Virus record (IMG/VR): IMGVR_UViG_3300050026_000481
Span: 22,815 to 86,814 of that record
Reading direction: 5' to 3' (one strand)
DNA length: 64,000 nucleotides
Origin: a virus
Positions within the stretch are counted from its first letter, which is position 1; each line of letters opens with the position of its first letter. Below are positions 8,236 through 17,735 of the stretch, one piece after another. The position numbers and the translations under genes are program-made. The notes below the pieces were generated by a model. It was not told the origin of the DNA. It ran no database searches and was given only the letters and a program-made list of their open reading frames with translations.

Positions 8236-9649
8236 GCCGACTTACCCCTGTAAAACCCTTAACGCTGGTATGATGCTCGGGCCGGTATGGTGCGACTCGT
8301 ATGTCAATTGGGGTACGCACTATTCACTCACCAACGGTTCCGGTTCAATCTCAAACCGCACATGCGCCGGAGCTATAGTAACAAAAACTAATATCGGTTC
8401 TGATAACACAAAAGCATACATGATGGCCCCCGATGCTAACGGCACAAAGTGGGACTTGTATTTTGACTTGGAATACGGTCAAGCAATTAACTATAATACC
8501 GCAGCCCAAGGACAACCGAGTCTCACGGTACTTGAGGACTTTGCCAACTACTATGTGTCTCTTGCAGAGGATATGGGTCTAAAATGGTGGCTGGAAGTTT
8601 CAGAAGTCACGAACAGCGGAAATTATACCTATCAGTCGCCATATTCTGCGTACGAATCAGTACTTGGCCCATGGTGCGATTATATCGAAAACAATTGTTC
8701 TAAAAACTTTGTAGGGTACAGTGTCGAAGTCGCATATGAAAACTTCTTTAGGTGGCTCCGACCGCGCACAACGTATGCGATAGCGAACAAAGAGTGGAGC
8801 GGATACACGTACTCAGCACTACTTCAGTATAAAGACCCGACGACGGGAGTGACGGGATATGCCACGCCAGCTCAAAGGTTAGCGGAGATTGACCAACTCG
8901 TTGTTGAAGTATTTACCCCCGACCCATCGCAGATGTTCGACCTCTGGGTCGCAAACCTAGGGGCGTATGCTGCACAGTTCCCTAACCTTCCGATTATACT
9001 AAACGTAGACCAAATAGGCAATAAAGAATCGTGGACTGGTGGCCCACCTCCAGCGGGGTCGCCGGTTGACGGCGGGCAGGGGTACTGGTATCCTGATACA
9101 TCACCATTTACTACGACCGTTAATACCAATAGGTTAGCGAACGAACGCCAGGTATTTCTTAAACGAGCACAGAAGTTACGTGATATCCTAATAGCGGCGC
9201 GCGGGCGAGCGTTTGACGGCGTTATCTACAACTTCGTAAACTCGGACTTTTGGCCGTATGGCACCGCACCGACGGTTAGCTGGCATCTTGGATTTGTTGA
9301 TTCTATATTATCGACGATAGTAGGAGGTGATAATACGACAACATTAAACCCATCGACAAGCAATTCAGCTTCCATTATCATTGGCGACGCACCGGTGGCC
9401 TCGACGCTCACGGCAAGTTGCCCCACTACAGGCACGACGGGAGCAGCATTCGCTGTGACAGGGAAACTCACGCGAAATGACACCGGCGCAGGGGTCAGTG
9501 GCATGACCATACAACTGCAGCAAAACGGGACAAACGTGGCAGGTAAGACCGCTACAACGGCATCCGACGGCACGTATACAATCTCGATGACTGAAACCGC
9601 GGCAGGGACGTATCAACTTCAGACAACCTTTGCGGGTGGAAGCGTATGA
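8225..9649 (+). CDS. putative glycoside-hydrolase-like (TIM-barrel) protein with C-terminal Ig-like domain
   Basis: Aromatic-rich catalytic-like region paralogous to 50665-51621; C-terminal TLTASCP..VTGKL..TASDGTY..YQLQTTFAG Ig-like repeat. Confidence 0.45.
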   Translation: MVNKPTYPCKTLNAGMMLGPVWCDSYVNWGTHYSLTNGSGSISNRTCAGAIVTKTNIGSDNTKAYMMAPDANGTKWDLYFDLEYGQAINYNTAAQGQPSLTVLEDFANYYVSLAEDMGLKWWLEVSEVTNSGNYTYQSPYSAYESVLGPWCDYIENNCSKNFVGYSVEVAYENFFRWLRPRTTYAIANKEWSGYTYSALLQYKDPTTGVTGYATPAQRLAEIDQLVVEVFTPDPSQMFDLWVANLGAYAAQFPNLPIILNVDQIGNKESWTGGPPPAGSPVDGGQGYWYPDTSPFTTTVNTNRLANERQVFLKRAQKLRDILIAARGRAFDGVIYNFVNSDFWPYGTAPTVSWHLGFVDSILSTIVGGDNTTTLNPSTSNSASIIIGDAPVASTLTASCPTTGTTGAAFAVTGKLTRNDTGAGVSGMTIQLQQNGTNVAGKTATTASDGTYTISMTETAAGTYQLQTTFAGGSV

Positions 9650-9778
9650 CAGTACTGAAAGGTTCAACAAGCAAACCTGAGAAAATAGTAGTTAAGAAAA
9701 AATGCTTTGTGAGGGTGGCATTAAAGAAGTTGAGAAGGTCATAAAGCCTTCTCTTTTTAATATTACAAGGAGATACTA

Positions 9779-10966
9779 ATGGTAAATCATTCAATGGTGT
9801 ATTTTGTATCAGGAGATTCGTATTCAGACCTTAACGCGCTTAAGAGCGCTGGAATAGTGGACTTACATTTCGTCATCCACGGCGGCGGCAGCTCAGCGCC
9901 TACAAGTGTAGTATCCGACTGCAACGCCGCAGGGATGTCACCCATTCTAAACAACGGAAATGATGGTTCTGCAGGATGGGACGGCTCAGACAGTTACAAT
10001 GCAAACCTAGCCGCACAAGGCTGGCACGCTGTTGGTGGGGAATCAGAGCAAGCGCCCGAGATTGATTCTATCATGAATCATTTAATCTTTCTTGACTATG
10101 GCGGCGAAGGGACTGGCGGTGGGACCAACGACGATGTGTGGGCAGCTACACACTCAGCGCCAGTTCATGACCACGGCTGCGCAGGCTACTACGAGACCTA
10201 CGATGGTTCATCTAATTTTTGGGGATGGGGTACTATAGGCCACAGCCTGCTCGACTGCAAAGCTCATGGCGTCAAAGAAATCGGCATAATGGTTGGCACA
10301 TGGATGATTAACCATAGTTCAGCGCAGGACTACATCACCCTCGCGCAGAATATGGAATCTAACGGAATTACCTGTGCAGGGATAGGTGTCTGGGGCGGCT
10401 ACGGAAACAACGCGAATAACGTCTACAATACTTTCGCTTCATGGTACAAACAGTGGCAGGCAATCTGGCCGCCGGAAACACGCACGATGAAAGAACGTTA
10501 TACTCCCGGTCCAGGACCTGCACCCCCGGCACCAACAACCCTCACCTTCGCCTCAGCCCCCACCGCCTGCTCGCAAGGCGTAGGCAGTCTCGATGTCTTT
10601 GTCGAAGGCTCTGATGGCGCACTATGGCACGGTTATCCCACTACAACAACCTGGAAATGGGAAACTCTTTTTGGTACCATAACGTCCGCACCAGCGGCAA
10701 CATACCGCGCTAACGGCCTGGACGTCGTCGCACGCGGCAGCGACGGTGCGCTCTGGTACCGCCACATGCCAGCACCGCCACCATTTGCATGGGACCCCTG
10801 GATATCTCTTGGTGGTGCGATACTGAAGGGTACAGGCCCTACCATTACATCAAGAGACGCGGACAGCCTCGACGTCTTTGTAATCGGCACCGATTCGGCC
10901 CTTTACCGTAAATCCCTTTCCGGTTCGGTCTGGTCCGCATGGGTAAAGGAGGCAACAAAGGCGTAA
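9779..10966 (+). CDS. putative hydrolase with C-terminal PLL/fucose-lectin-like repeats
   Basis: Three LDVFVxGxDxALW repeats after a Pro-rich linker; catalytic domain family not identified. Confidence 0.55.
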   Translation: MVNHSMVYFVSGDSYSDLNALKSAGIVDLHFVIHGGGSSAPTSVVSDCNAAGMSPILNNGNDGSAGWDGSDSYNANLAAQGWHAVGGESEQAPEIDSIMNHLIFLDYGGEGTGGGTNDDVWAATHSAPVHDHGCAGYYETYDGSSNFWGWGTIGHSLLDCKAHGVKEIGIMVGTWMINHSSAQDYITLAQNMESNGITCAGIGVWGGYGNNANNVYNTFASWYKQWQAIWPPETRTMKERYTPGPGPAPPAPTTLTFASAPTACSQGVGSLDVFVEGSDGALWHGYPTTTTWKWETLFGTITSAPAATYRANGLDVVARGSDGALWYRHMPAPPPFAWDPWISLGGAILKGTGPTITSRDADSLDVFVIGTDSALYRKSLSGSVWSAWVKEATKA

Positions 10967-11281
10967 TGACCAAAAAAAGGCCGTGCCAGTGTGAAAATTG
11001 TACTAGAATCAATATAGAAGAGGGTGTTATCGTCTATGAAGACATAGGCGAAACACTCTTCTGCGTGTTGAAAGATGTGTGGGTATCCCCAGGGTACCTA
11101 TGCGATGAATTTTTCCCAAATTGTTGGTGACCGGAGGCTAAAAATGTCAAAAGGTTACAAGCCAGTTTACATCAGCCCCGACCATTATGACAGAATAATC
11201 GCCAAGGCAAAGGTTGAGGTGTGTACAAACGCGCAGGTTGGAGAGTGTCTGATACGGCAGTTCCTTGAAGAGGTTTGAGAA

Positions 11282-11671
11282 ATGCCCAACAAATGCCCCC
11301 ACTGCAAAGGCCTAGTAGATAACCCCCGATACGTCACCTGCAGCCACTGCCGGCAGAAGGCAGCCGCTGCCACGAGAAGGCGGCGGGATGCACGTAAGGA
11401 TGCAGGAAAGTGTTCAATTTGTGGGGTAGCAAAAGCAGATGACGGTTTCATTCGGTGCCTGACCTGTAGAGAAAAAGACAGGAGTTACCGCCCGCGTCGA
11501 AGGCCTGAGTTCAAACATGAGCCAAGGCATTCGGTAAACGCAAAAGTCCAAATTAAGACTGAGTTTATAGAGCTGCTTGAGGGAAAGGCGGCAGAGAAAG
11601 GTGTGAGTAAACAAGTATTGTTTGAAGAGTTGATTGATAAGTACATTGAGAAGGTTGTGGTGTGGACGTGA
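11282..11671 (+). CDS. two C4 zinc fingers plus ribbon-helix-helix protein
   Basis: CPHC..CSHCR, CSIC..CLTCR; C-terminal VQIKTEFIELLEGKAAEKGVSKQVLFEELI. Confidence 0.65.
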   Translation: MPNKCPHCKGLVDNPRYVTCSHCRQKAAAATRRRRDARKDAGKCSICGVAKADDGFIRCLTCREKDRSYRPRRRPEFKHEPRHSVNAKVQIKTEFIELLEGKAAEKGVSKQVLFEELIDKYIEKVVVWT

Positions 11672-12155
11672 CTTTTTATTGTTCCACGTGTAATAAACAG
11701 ATTTCAGACATGCATCAAACGTATATCGGTGGAGAAATCCTCTGCCAACTCTGCGCAGACAAATTAACCCGCCACTGGTATGAGAGTTGGGGATTCATAC
11801 TAGCGCTTAATAAGGATTTTACGACTGAAAAAGGCGAGGAAGAACGGCACTACGGATGAGCTTAATATGCAAACGGGAAGAATCAAAGCACTACAACTAC
11901 CAATGCGCCAAAGGCTACACTGGGCTCGATAAGGAAATGATACGAAGGTACTGTAAAGATTGTTTACGCGAGCAAGCGGCAGAGAAAGAGTAAATGACAG
12001 GACATTATCATCCGTGTGTAAACTGCACTAACGCACAAGACGCGTTCTATCAAGATATGTTCTATTGCGCGGCAAGGAACAGACAGATTCCAATTAGAGA
12101 AGTAATGACCGGCTGTGAGTATTACGAACGTAGATTGGATAAGGAGATGGTTTAA

Positions 12156-12356
12156 ACGTCACAAGACGAAGTAGAATCCATACTCAAACTAACCAACCGC
12201 TCTATGTCCGCCAAAGAGATAGCTATTATACTAGGCGCGAATCCTAATACCACACAGCACAACCTCAAGTTTCTCACCAAAGCCGGCAAAGTTCACTGCT
12301 GGCGGCCGCGGATGTGGGGTAGGACTAGTCATCATGTGTACCGTATTAAGATGTAA
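12156..12356 (+). CDS. winged-helix protein with ACG start or mutated start
   Basis: (M)SQDEVESILK..MSAKEIAIILG..NTTQHNLKFLTKAGKV; AAGGAG 9 nt upstream of ACG. Confidence 0.5.
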   Translation, partial: TSQDEVESILKLTNRSMSAKEIAIILGANPNTTQHNLKFLTKAGKVHCWRPRMWGRTSHHVYRIKM

Positions 12357-12675
12357 CGATTGCCGTTTAGCACAGCACGATGGTAAGAAGCTGCGGTGTA
12401 CAGAGACTGGTACATTCATCAGTCCGTTTGCCACCGTCTGCCATAAGTTCCAGCCGCGGGGGAAGAATACGATAGGCAGTGGCCTCATAAGAATCCTGAG
12501 AGACAAAGAAGGCCGCAGCGACAAGGAAAAAGGCGGCATAACTAAAGAAGACTTAAAAGAAGCGCAAGAATCAACGAGTAAATTCGCTAAGGTGCTCGAA
12601 AAGAATAAAGAGAAAATGGAAGAGGCATTCAAGTCACTTAGAATAGACGATGAGGATACAGAATCTGAGGAATAA
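12334..12675 (+). CDS. Cys-rich hypothetical protein
   Basis: CxxC...C...CxxF N-terminus, charged C-terminus. Confidence 0.6.
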   Translation: MCTVLRCNDCRLAQHDGKKLRCTETGTFISPFATVCHKFQPRGKNTIGSGLIRILRDKEGRSDKEKGGITKEDLKEAQESTSKFAKVLEKNKEKMEEAFKSLRIDDEDTESEE

Positions 12676-12694
12676 CCACTGGTAAACTTGTAAG

Positions 12695-13282
12695 ATGCCT
12701 ATCTGTAAGTGCAGCTTTTGTAATAGGAAGAATCAGCCAGTAGAATGGTTTAGTGTTAACCCGAAAACTGATGAGCGATATAAGACGTGTGACAAAGGCC
12801 GCGAACATAATAAGCGATGCTGTAGGGGCTTCACACACTTAGAAATGAATATATTATGTGAATGGTGTGGTCAGAACGTTGTCACAGGAAGACGGTCCCA
12901 ACGTTTTTGTAGTGCGGAACATAGGACATTATGGCATTCTAAGAATCTCAATGTACGGGGTAAGGCCAAAGAGCGAGTACGGGGCACAATTTATCGGGCG
13001 CAAAGGAAGGGTATAGAGTTTTCAATTACGCGAGAGTATGCATATGCGCTTGTAAGAAGTAGATGCTATATATGTGGGGGGATAGAATCATCAGGGATAG
13101 TAGGACTTGACCGTATAGACAATGATGAAGGGTACACGTATTCAAACACAGTAGCATGTTGTGGCCACTGTAATACTTGCAAGAATGCATTTACAATTCC
13201 ACAGATGCGAAAGGTTATAGAAACATATGATAAAATGCAAGCAGTTAAGCCGTCAGCCGCGCCAGAGAAAGCGGCAAGGTAA
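12695..13282 (+). CDS. HNH-type (GxDRxDN subfamily) endonuclease
   Basis: CYICG...GLDRIDNDEGY..SNTVACCGHCN. Confidence 0.8.
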   Translation: MPICKCSFCNRKNQPVEWFSVNPKTDERYKTCDKGREHNKRCCRGFTHLEMNILCEWCGQNVVTGRRSQRFCSAEHRTLWHSKNLNVRGKAKERVRGTIYRAQRKGIEFSITREYAYALVRSRCYICGGIESSGIVGLDRIDNDEGYTYSNTVACCGHCNTCKNAFTIPQMRKVIETYDKMQAVKPSAAPEKAAR

Positions 13283-13617
13283 ATCAAATGAATGTTATCT
13301 TTAAACATAACGAAACTAAGCGGATAGTAATAGAGTGAAGAGTAATGGATGAATAACTACATAACCAACTAAGAACAGTATTATCAGATGAAGATAGAGA
13401 GATACGTGGAATAGCATGTGGTATTGTACAGGTAATGCACAGCATTAACATAAGTGAGGAGAGTATATAAAGAACAAGGAGATATAACGTAAAGAAAGGA
13501 TTAAGATAGATTAATGTACGTTAATACTTACACATCTATATACACACATAACAAACAGAAACAGATGGAAAGCAAACAATACGCCGAAGGCGTCAATATA
13601 ACAATCGGAGAACGCTA

Positions 13618-13980
13618 ATGCCACGCAAGGATGAGAAGAGTTACAACAAGTATATGCGCAACTATATGCGCAGGCAACGGTCAGCGGCTAAGGTTGCCGG
13701 GTTGTTAGAGGACGGCAAGACCGAGGAGGCAGAGGCAGAGAGGCAAAGGCTTGAGGTAGAGGAAGAGAAGCAAGAGTTCAAGATGGAAGAGGCAGAGGAC
13801 CTGCGCCTCATAGTCGAGGATGCAATCAAGGAACTACGGGCCGAGGAAGGCTTGGACCCAGTAATCAAAGCACGTGCTATCTTCCAGGGTGCGGAAACCG
13901 CATTGAAGTTGCTGAAGCTAACCGATTTGGCCAAGAAGGTGAAGGAACTACAAGAGGAGAAGGAGGACTCAGGGGTCTAA
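13618..13980 (+). CDS. terS: putative terminase small subunit
   Basis: 120-aa helical protein upstream of TerL; basic N-terminus and coiled-coil C-terminus; mainly positional evidence. Confidence 0.45.
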   Translation: MPRKDEKSYNKYMRNYMRRQRSAAKVAGLLEDGKTEEAEAERQRLEVEEEKQEFKMEEAEDLRLIVEDAIKELRAEEGLDPVIKARAIFQGAETALKLLKLTDLAKKVKELQEEKEDSGV

Positions 13981-14139
13981 AGACTAAACAAAAGATACCT
14001 TTTGTTCAGTAACGGAGGCCGTCCTGCCCTCTATAGGAAGACTTTGCCGAGATAGAAAGGAGATATATAAACCTTTGCTATCCTTTGGTTAGGATAGAAC
14101 AAGAAGAAGACAAGAAGAGTAGGATAAGAAGGACAAGGA

Positions 14140-14300
14140 ACTACCACCAACTACCACCCCAGCGGCCAACCGGCAGCGGAATTGCCGCGGCGGAAACTGA
14201 ATGGCGGTAGGGGGGGTAGGGGGAGAATGGAGCTTGTTCTATCCGAATCGTCAAAATTACATGGCTGCCCTAAAAAATATCTAGGGTCAATTTTAAGCAG
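14140..14300. other. putative packaging initiation/terminus (pac/cos-like) region
   Basis: CTACCACC direct repeat and GGTAGGGGGGGTAGGGGGAG G-tract at the end of a strongly purine-skewed 1 kb stretch, between terS and terL. Confidence 0.4.
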
Positions 14301-14327
14301 GTGTTAGATTGCAGGCAGCGGTTAACG

Positions 14328-14342
14328 GTTGACACTGGTTAA
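14328..14342. promoter_or_regulatory. 15-bp quasi-palindromic site upstream of TATA box (TATATAAA 14364)
   Basis: GTTGACA-C-TGGTTAA; 17 bp exact reverse complement of 27059-27075. Confidence 0.65.
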
Positions 14343-14397
14343 TTTAAATCCCTAATCAAAGGGTATATAAACCTATAGGGTAATATCATAAGTAAGC

Positions 14398-15384
14398 ATG
14401 CCAACGTGCAAACAGTGTGATAGGGTACTAGTAACAAAGGCTACCGGTAGACCTAGAAAGTATTGTGAGGGGTGTCTACTTATAGTTAAAGCAGAACAGG
14501 CCCGGGTTAGACACATTAAAAACAAGAAACCGAAAACGTGTTTATCCTGTGGCGCACGTTTCACACAGGTCGGGCGTACTAAGTATTGTGATACTTGCCG
14601 GCAAGTGGTCTGTGTAAAATGCCATAGACCGAAAGAGCACGATGAGTACAAAACCTGCCTAGCATGCCGCAACGTTACGCGCAAATGGGGTAAGAACAAC
14701 CCAGAATACTTTCAAAAACGCGATGAAACAAAACGCGCCAACCGACGCGCGCAAGGGTTGTGTCCGAAATGCGGAAAGCCACGGGAATCTGAACAGTACG
14801 CAACTTGCAAGGCATGTCGAGAACGCGGGCGCGTATGGAATGCAACTTACGAATTGAAACACCCGGGATACGCGGCAGCCAACACACGCACATGGAAACT
14901 TATTGCAAAGCAGAAAGAAGGCCGCTGTTCATCGTGCGGCCGACCCTGTGAGGATTCCGAGTACAACACCTGCCGCTACTGCCGCAGCCGCAAGAAAGCA
15001 CAGAGGCACAACCGCCGCGCAGCCGCTAACGGCAACGGCGGCCGACATACGGCCGCGGACGAACGCGAACTCTTCAGCGCGCAGGACTTCAAATGCTTCT
15101 ACTGCAACCAACCCCTCTTCAAAACCCTCAACCCGGACACGAGACATATAGAACACATTAAATCAATATCAAACGGCGGCAGCAACGCGGCTTTTAATAT
15201 CGTCCGTTCTTGCGACTTATGCAATAACGACAAAGTAAGCAAATATAACGATGACGCTCCTGCTCTTCTTAATGCTCTAGCAGATAAAGGCACGATAACC
15301 GACGCAGAACTCAAGAAGAGTTTGATTGATTTATCCGCGGCGCTTAACGAGAACCTTATTTTACGTGTTTGGCGAGGTGAATAG
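14398..15384 (+). CDS. HNH endonuclease with five tandem C4 zinc fingers
   Basis: Five CxxC-x(11-15)-CxxC units, then CFYC..HIEHIKSISNGGSN..NIVRSCDLCN. Confidence 0.85.
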   Translation: MPTCKQCDRVLVTKATGRPRKYCEGCLLIVKAEQARVRHIKNKKPKTCLSCGARFTQVGRTKYCDTCRQVVCVKCHRPKEHDEYKTCLACRNVTRKWGKNNPEYFQKRDETKRANRRAQGLCPKCGKPRESEQYATCKACRERGRVWNATYELKHPGYAAANTRTWKLIAKQKEGRCSSCGRPCEDSEYNTCRYCRSRKKAQRHNRRAAANGNGGRHTAADERELFSAQDFKCFYCNQPLFKTLNPDTRHIEHIKSISNGGSNAAFNIVRSCDLCNNDKVSKYNDDAPALLNALADKGTITDAELKKSLIDLSAALNENLILRVWRGE

Positions 15385-16244
15385 TGCCAAGCGACACCCT
15401 AGAAGCAGAAATAAAACGCCTGGAGGCCGCAGGCCGCCGTCGCCTCTCTAAGAAAGAAGCCACTAGATACAACCTCCACAAAAACGACCTAAAGCGTTTT
15501 GCTCGTTATCTCGGCATAAAAAAGCTGGACGAATGGCAGGAGAAGGTTTTAGACAGCAAAAGCAGCCGGATAATCTTGAACTGCAGCCGCCAGGCCGGCA
15601 AGTCAACGGTCACCGCAGTCCTCGCCGTCCACCACGCTATTTTTAAACCTGATAGCATGGTAATCGTCATCTCTAGAATCGAAGCGCAAAGCCTTGAGGT
15701 GTTTAAGAGAATGTCAAACTATTATAAGGAAGTCTCATACGCGCCTCACGCCACAGAAGACACCTCCCATTCACTAAAACTTTCCAATGGTTCCCGAATA
15801 ATCGCCCTATCCGGCCAGCAACCTGACAGCCTGCGTGGATACGCGGGGGTATCCCTACTCATAATTGATGAAGCGAGCAGGGTTTTGGAAGAAACCTACA
15901 ACGTCGTGAGGCCAACTTTGGCCGTCAGCTCTGGGCGGGTTATTTTGCTTTCGACTCCACATGGCCGCCGAGGATTCTTTTTCGAAAGTTGGATGGAAGC
16001 AACAGACCGATATAGGGATAACCTTGAAGGCTGGGAATCCGCCAGCGTAACGGCTGATGAGATACCGCGTATAAAACCCAGCTTCCTTGAGCAAGAAAGG
16101 AAGAAGTATCCGGAGTGGTTTTATCGCCAGGAGTACATGTGCGAGTTTCAAGATAATATATCAAATATTTTTAGGTCGGTCCATGAAGCCTTCGAGCACG
16201 TTGACGCCGACGGCAACGAGTGGCAGTTCGATATCGGGTTGTAG
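15384..16244 (+). CDS. terL: terminase large subunit, ATPase half
   Basis: WQ motif, Walker A CSRQAGKS, Walker B LLIIDEA, motif III LLSTPHG, RQEYMCEF. Confidence 0.92.
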   Translation: MPSDTLEAEIKRLEAAGRRRLSKKEATRYNLHKNDLKRFARYLGIKKLDEWQEKVLDSKSSRIILNCSRQAGKSTVTAVLAVHHAIFKPDSMVIVISRIEAQSLEVFKRMSNYYKEVSYAPHATEDTSHSLKLSNGSRIIALSGQQPDSLRGYAGVSLLIIDEASRVLEETYNVVRPTLAVSSGRVILLSTPHGRRGFFFESWMEATDRYRDNLEGWESASVTADEIPRIKPSFLEQERKKYPEWFYRQEYMCEFQDNISNIFRSVHEAFEHVDADGNEWQFDIGL

Positions 16245-16423
16245 GGGGGTTTGAAAAAATGCGACACTACTGCGGAAGAAGTAATATAGATATTGACGGT
16301 TTGTTACCAGCGTGTCGTTTTGCTTATTGCGATTGTTTTATCGGCAGTAAATACGAAGGACGTAAAATAGAATATTGCTATGAGTGCGATGAATTTAAAG
16401 AAGGAATTTAATCCGTGACAGGC

Positions 16424-16558
16424 TAGTGTGTTATTAATCACACTACCAAGTATGGCGAAAGGCGTTGAGTTGGTGGCGCGGGAACCCTGTCCAGGATAAG
16501 CCGATTGATAGTCGGTCGCAATATATTTCCAGCTCAACGCCCGTCAAATACTTATTGG
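16424..16558 (+). ncRNA. candidate structured ncRNA
   Basis: Hairpin TAGTGTG/CACACTA, then 13-bp stem 16461-16473/16529-16541 extended by outer helices; inner hairpin 16500-16516; G-U pairs form only on the + strand. Confidence 0.55.
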
Positions 16559-16577
16559 TTTATAGGGATATGAAAAA

Positions 16578-17735
16578 ATGGTGGTTTGTTCTAACTGTCA
16601 TAAGGGTTTTGAAGAAGATGGATTTAAAACGTGTCCGGCCTGTCGTGCAAAGCGCCGCGAATATGACCGACGACCAGACCAAGTTGAGAAGCGACGCGAA
16701 TATCTCAGCCGACCGGAGGTGCACGAACATAAGTGCGAATATTACCGTGAATATCAGCGCGAATATCGGAAGCGCCCCGGGGTTAAAGAACGGGAGCGAC
16801 GAAACCGGCAGAAACCAGAAAACAAAGAACGCGTAGCTGCGTATGGCTATATATGGCGACAGAAACCAGAAAATAAAGAATTGCAGTTAGAAGGGACAAG
16901 AAAATATAGGGCATTACATCTTGAAGAATGTAGGAAACGTGACCGTGAATTGAAACGTGAGAAACGGAAACAACCAGAATTTCTCGAAAAACTGAGAGCT
17001 ATACAGCGTAAATCTTATTGGAAAAATAAAGAACAGCGCAATAAACTTGGTCGTGAGATACGAATAACATTAGCTGGTAGATACACAGAAGCGAAACACA
17101 GCGCAAAGCGCCGAGGTATACCATTCGAACTCACACAGGAACAACATAGCACAATCATAAGGCAACCGTGTTTTTGGTGCGGCGTTACGCCAAATGGTTC
17201 CGATGAAACCTTAAACGGAGTTGACAGAATAAACCACGATAAGACGATAGGTTACGTATTAGATAACGTAATACCCGCGTGTACGGGGTGTAATAAAGGC
17301 AGAAACACCATGACAGTTGATGAGGTAGTAGGATACGTCGAACAAGTTTTCCAGTGGCAACACCTTAGAACGTTAACCGGCACACCATTACAGCGTCGCA
17401 ATGGAAAAGTAGAACTCAGTATGCGTGATTACTACGGAAAGTATAAGGGAAAAGCGAAGAAGCGCAATATTCCTTTTGAATTATCGTTTGAAGAGTTTTT
17501 TAAGACAGTAAAAAGACCATGTTATGTGTGTGGGTATCATCATTTCGAAGACAAAGGACATACTGCAAACGGCATAGACCGATTTAATAACGCGGTTGGT
17601 TATACAGTTGATAACAGCCTTCCGGCATGCAAATGGTGTAACGTATGGAAAGGTGAGGGCACATATGCTGAACTACTCGACCGATTTACGCGGATACGCG
17701 CGGGGTTAAGGAAGAATGCCAATCAACCAAGATGA
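16578..17735 (+). CDS. endonuclease with N-terminal zinc finger and two tandem HNH-type domains
   Basis: CFWCG..NGVDRIN..GY..DNVIPACTGCN and CYVCG..NGIDRFN..GY..DNSLPACKWCN. Confidence 0.85.
   Translation: MVVCSNCHKGFEEDGFKTCPACRAKRREYDRRPDQVEKRREYLSRPEVHEHKCEYYREYQREYRKRPGVKERERRNRQKPENKERVAAYGYIWRQKPENKELQLEGTRKYRALHLEECRKRDRELKREKRKQPEFLEKLRAIQRKSYWKNKEQRNKLGREIRITLAGRYTEAKHSAKRRGIPFELTQEQHSTIIRQPCFWCGVTPNGSDETLNGVDRINHDKTIGYVLDNVIPACTGCNKGRNTMTVDEVVGYVEQVFQWQHLRTLTGTPLQRRNGKVELSMRDYYGKYKGKAKKRNIPFELSFEEFFKTVKRPCYVCGYHHFEDKGHTANGIDRFNNAVGYTVDNSLPACKWCNVWKGEGTYAELLDRFTRIRAGLRKNANQPR

Noticed and set aside
13345-13470. ATG GAT GAA TAA followed by an open frame (possible stop recoding)
   Set aside because: Isolated case in an A-rich region; all three stop codons are used normally elsewhere.
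16480-16505. Resemblance of GAACCCTGTCCAGG to the SRP RNA S domain
   Set aside because: The conserved GGAA tetraloop and AGCAG internal loop are missing.
16245-17715. Group I/II intron or intein interrupting terL
   Set aside because: No recognisable group I core or group II domain V. The nuclease half has its own start, and the intervening HNH ORF overlaps it.
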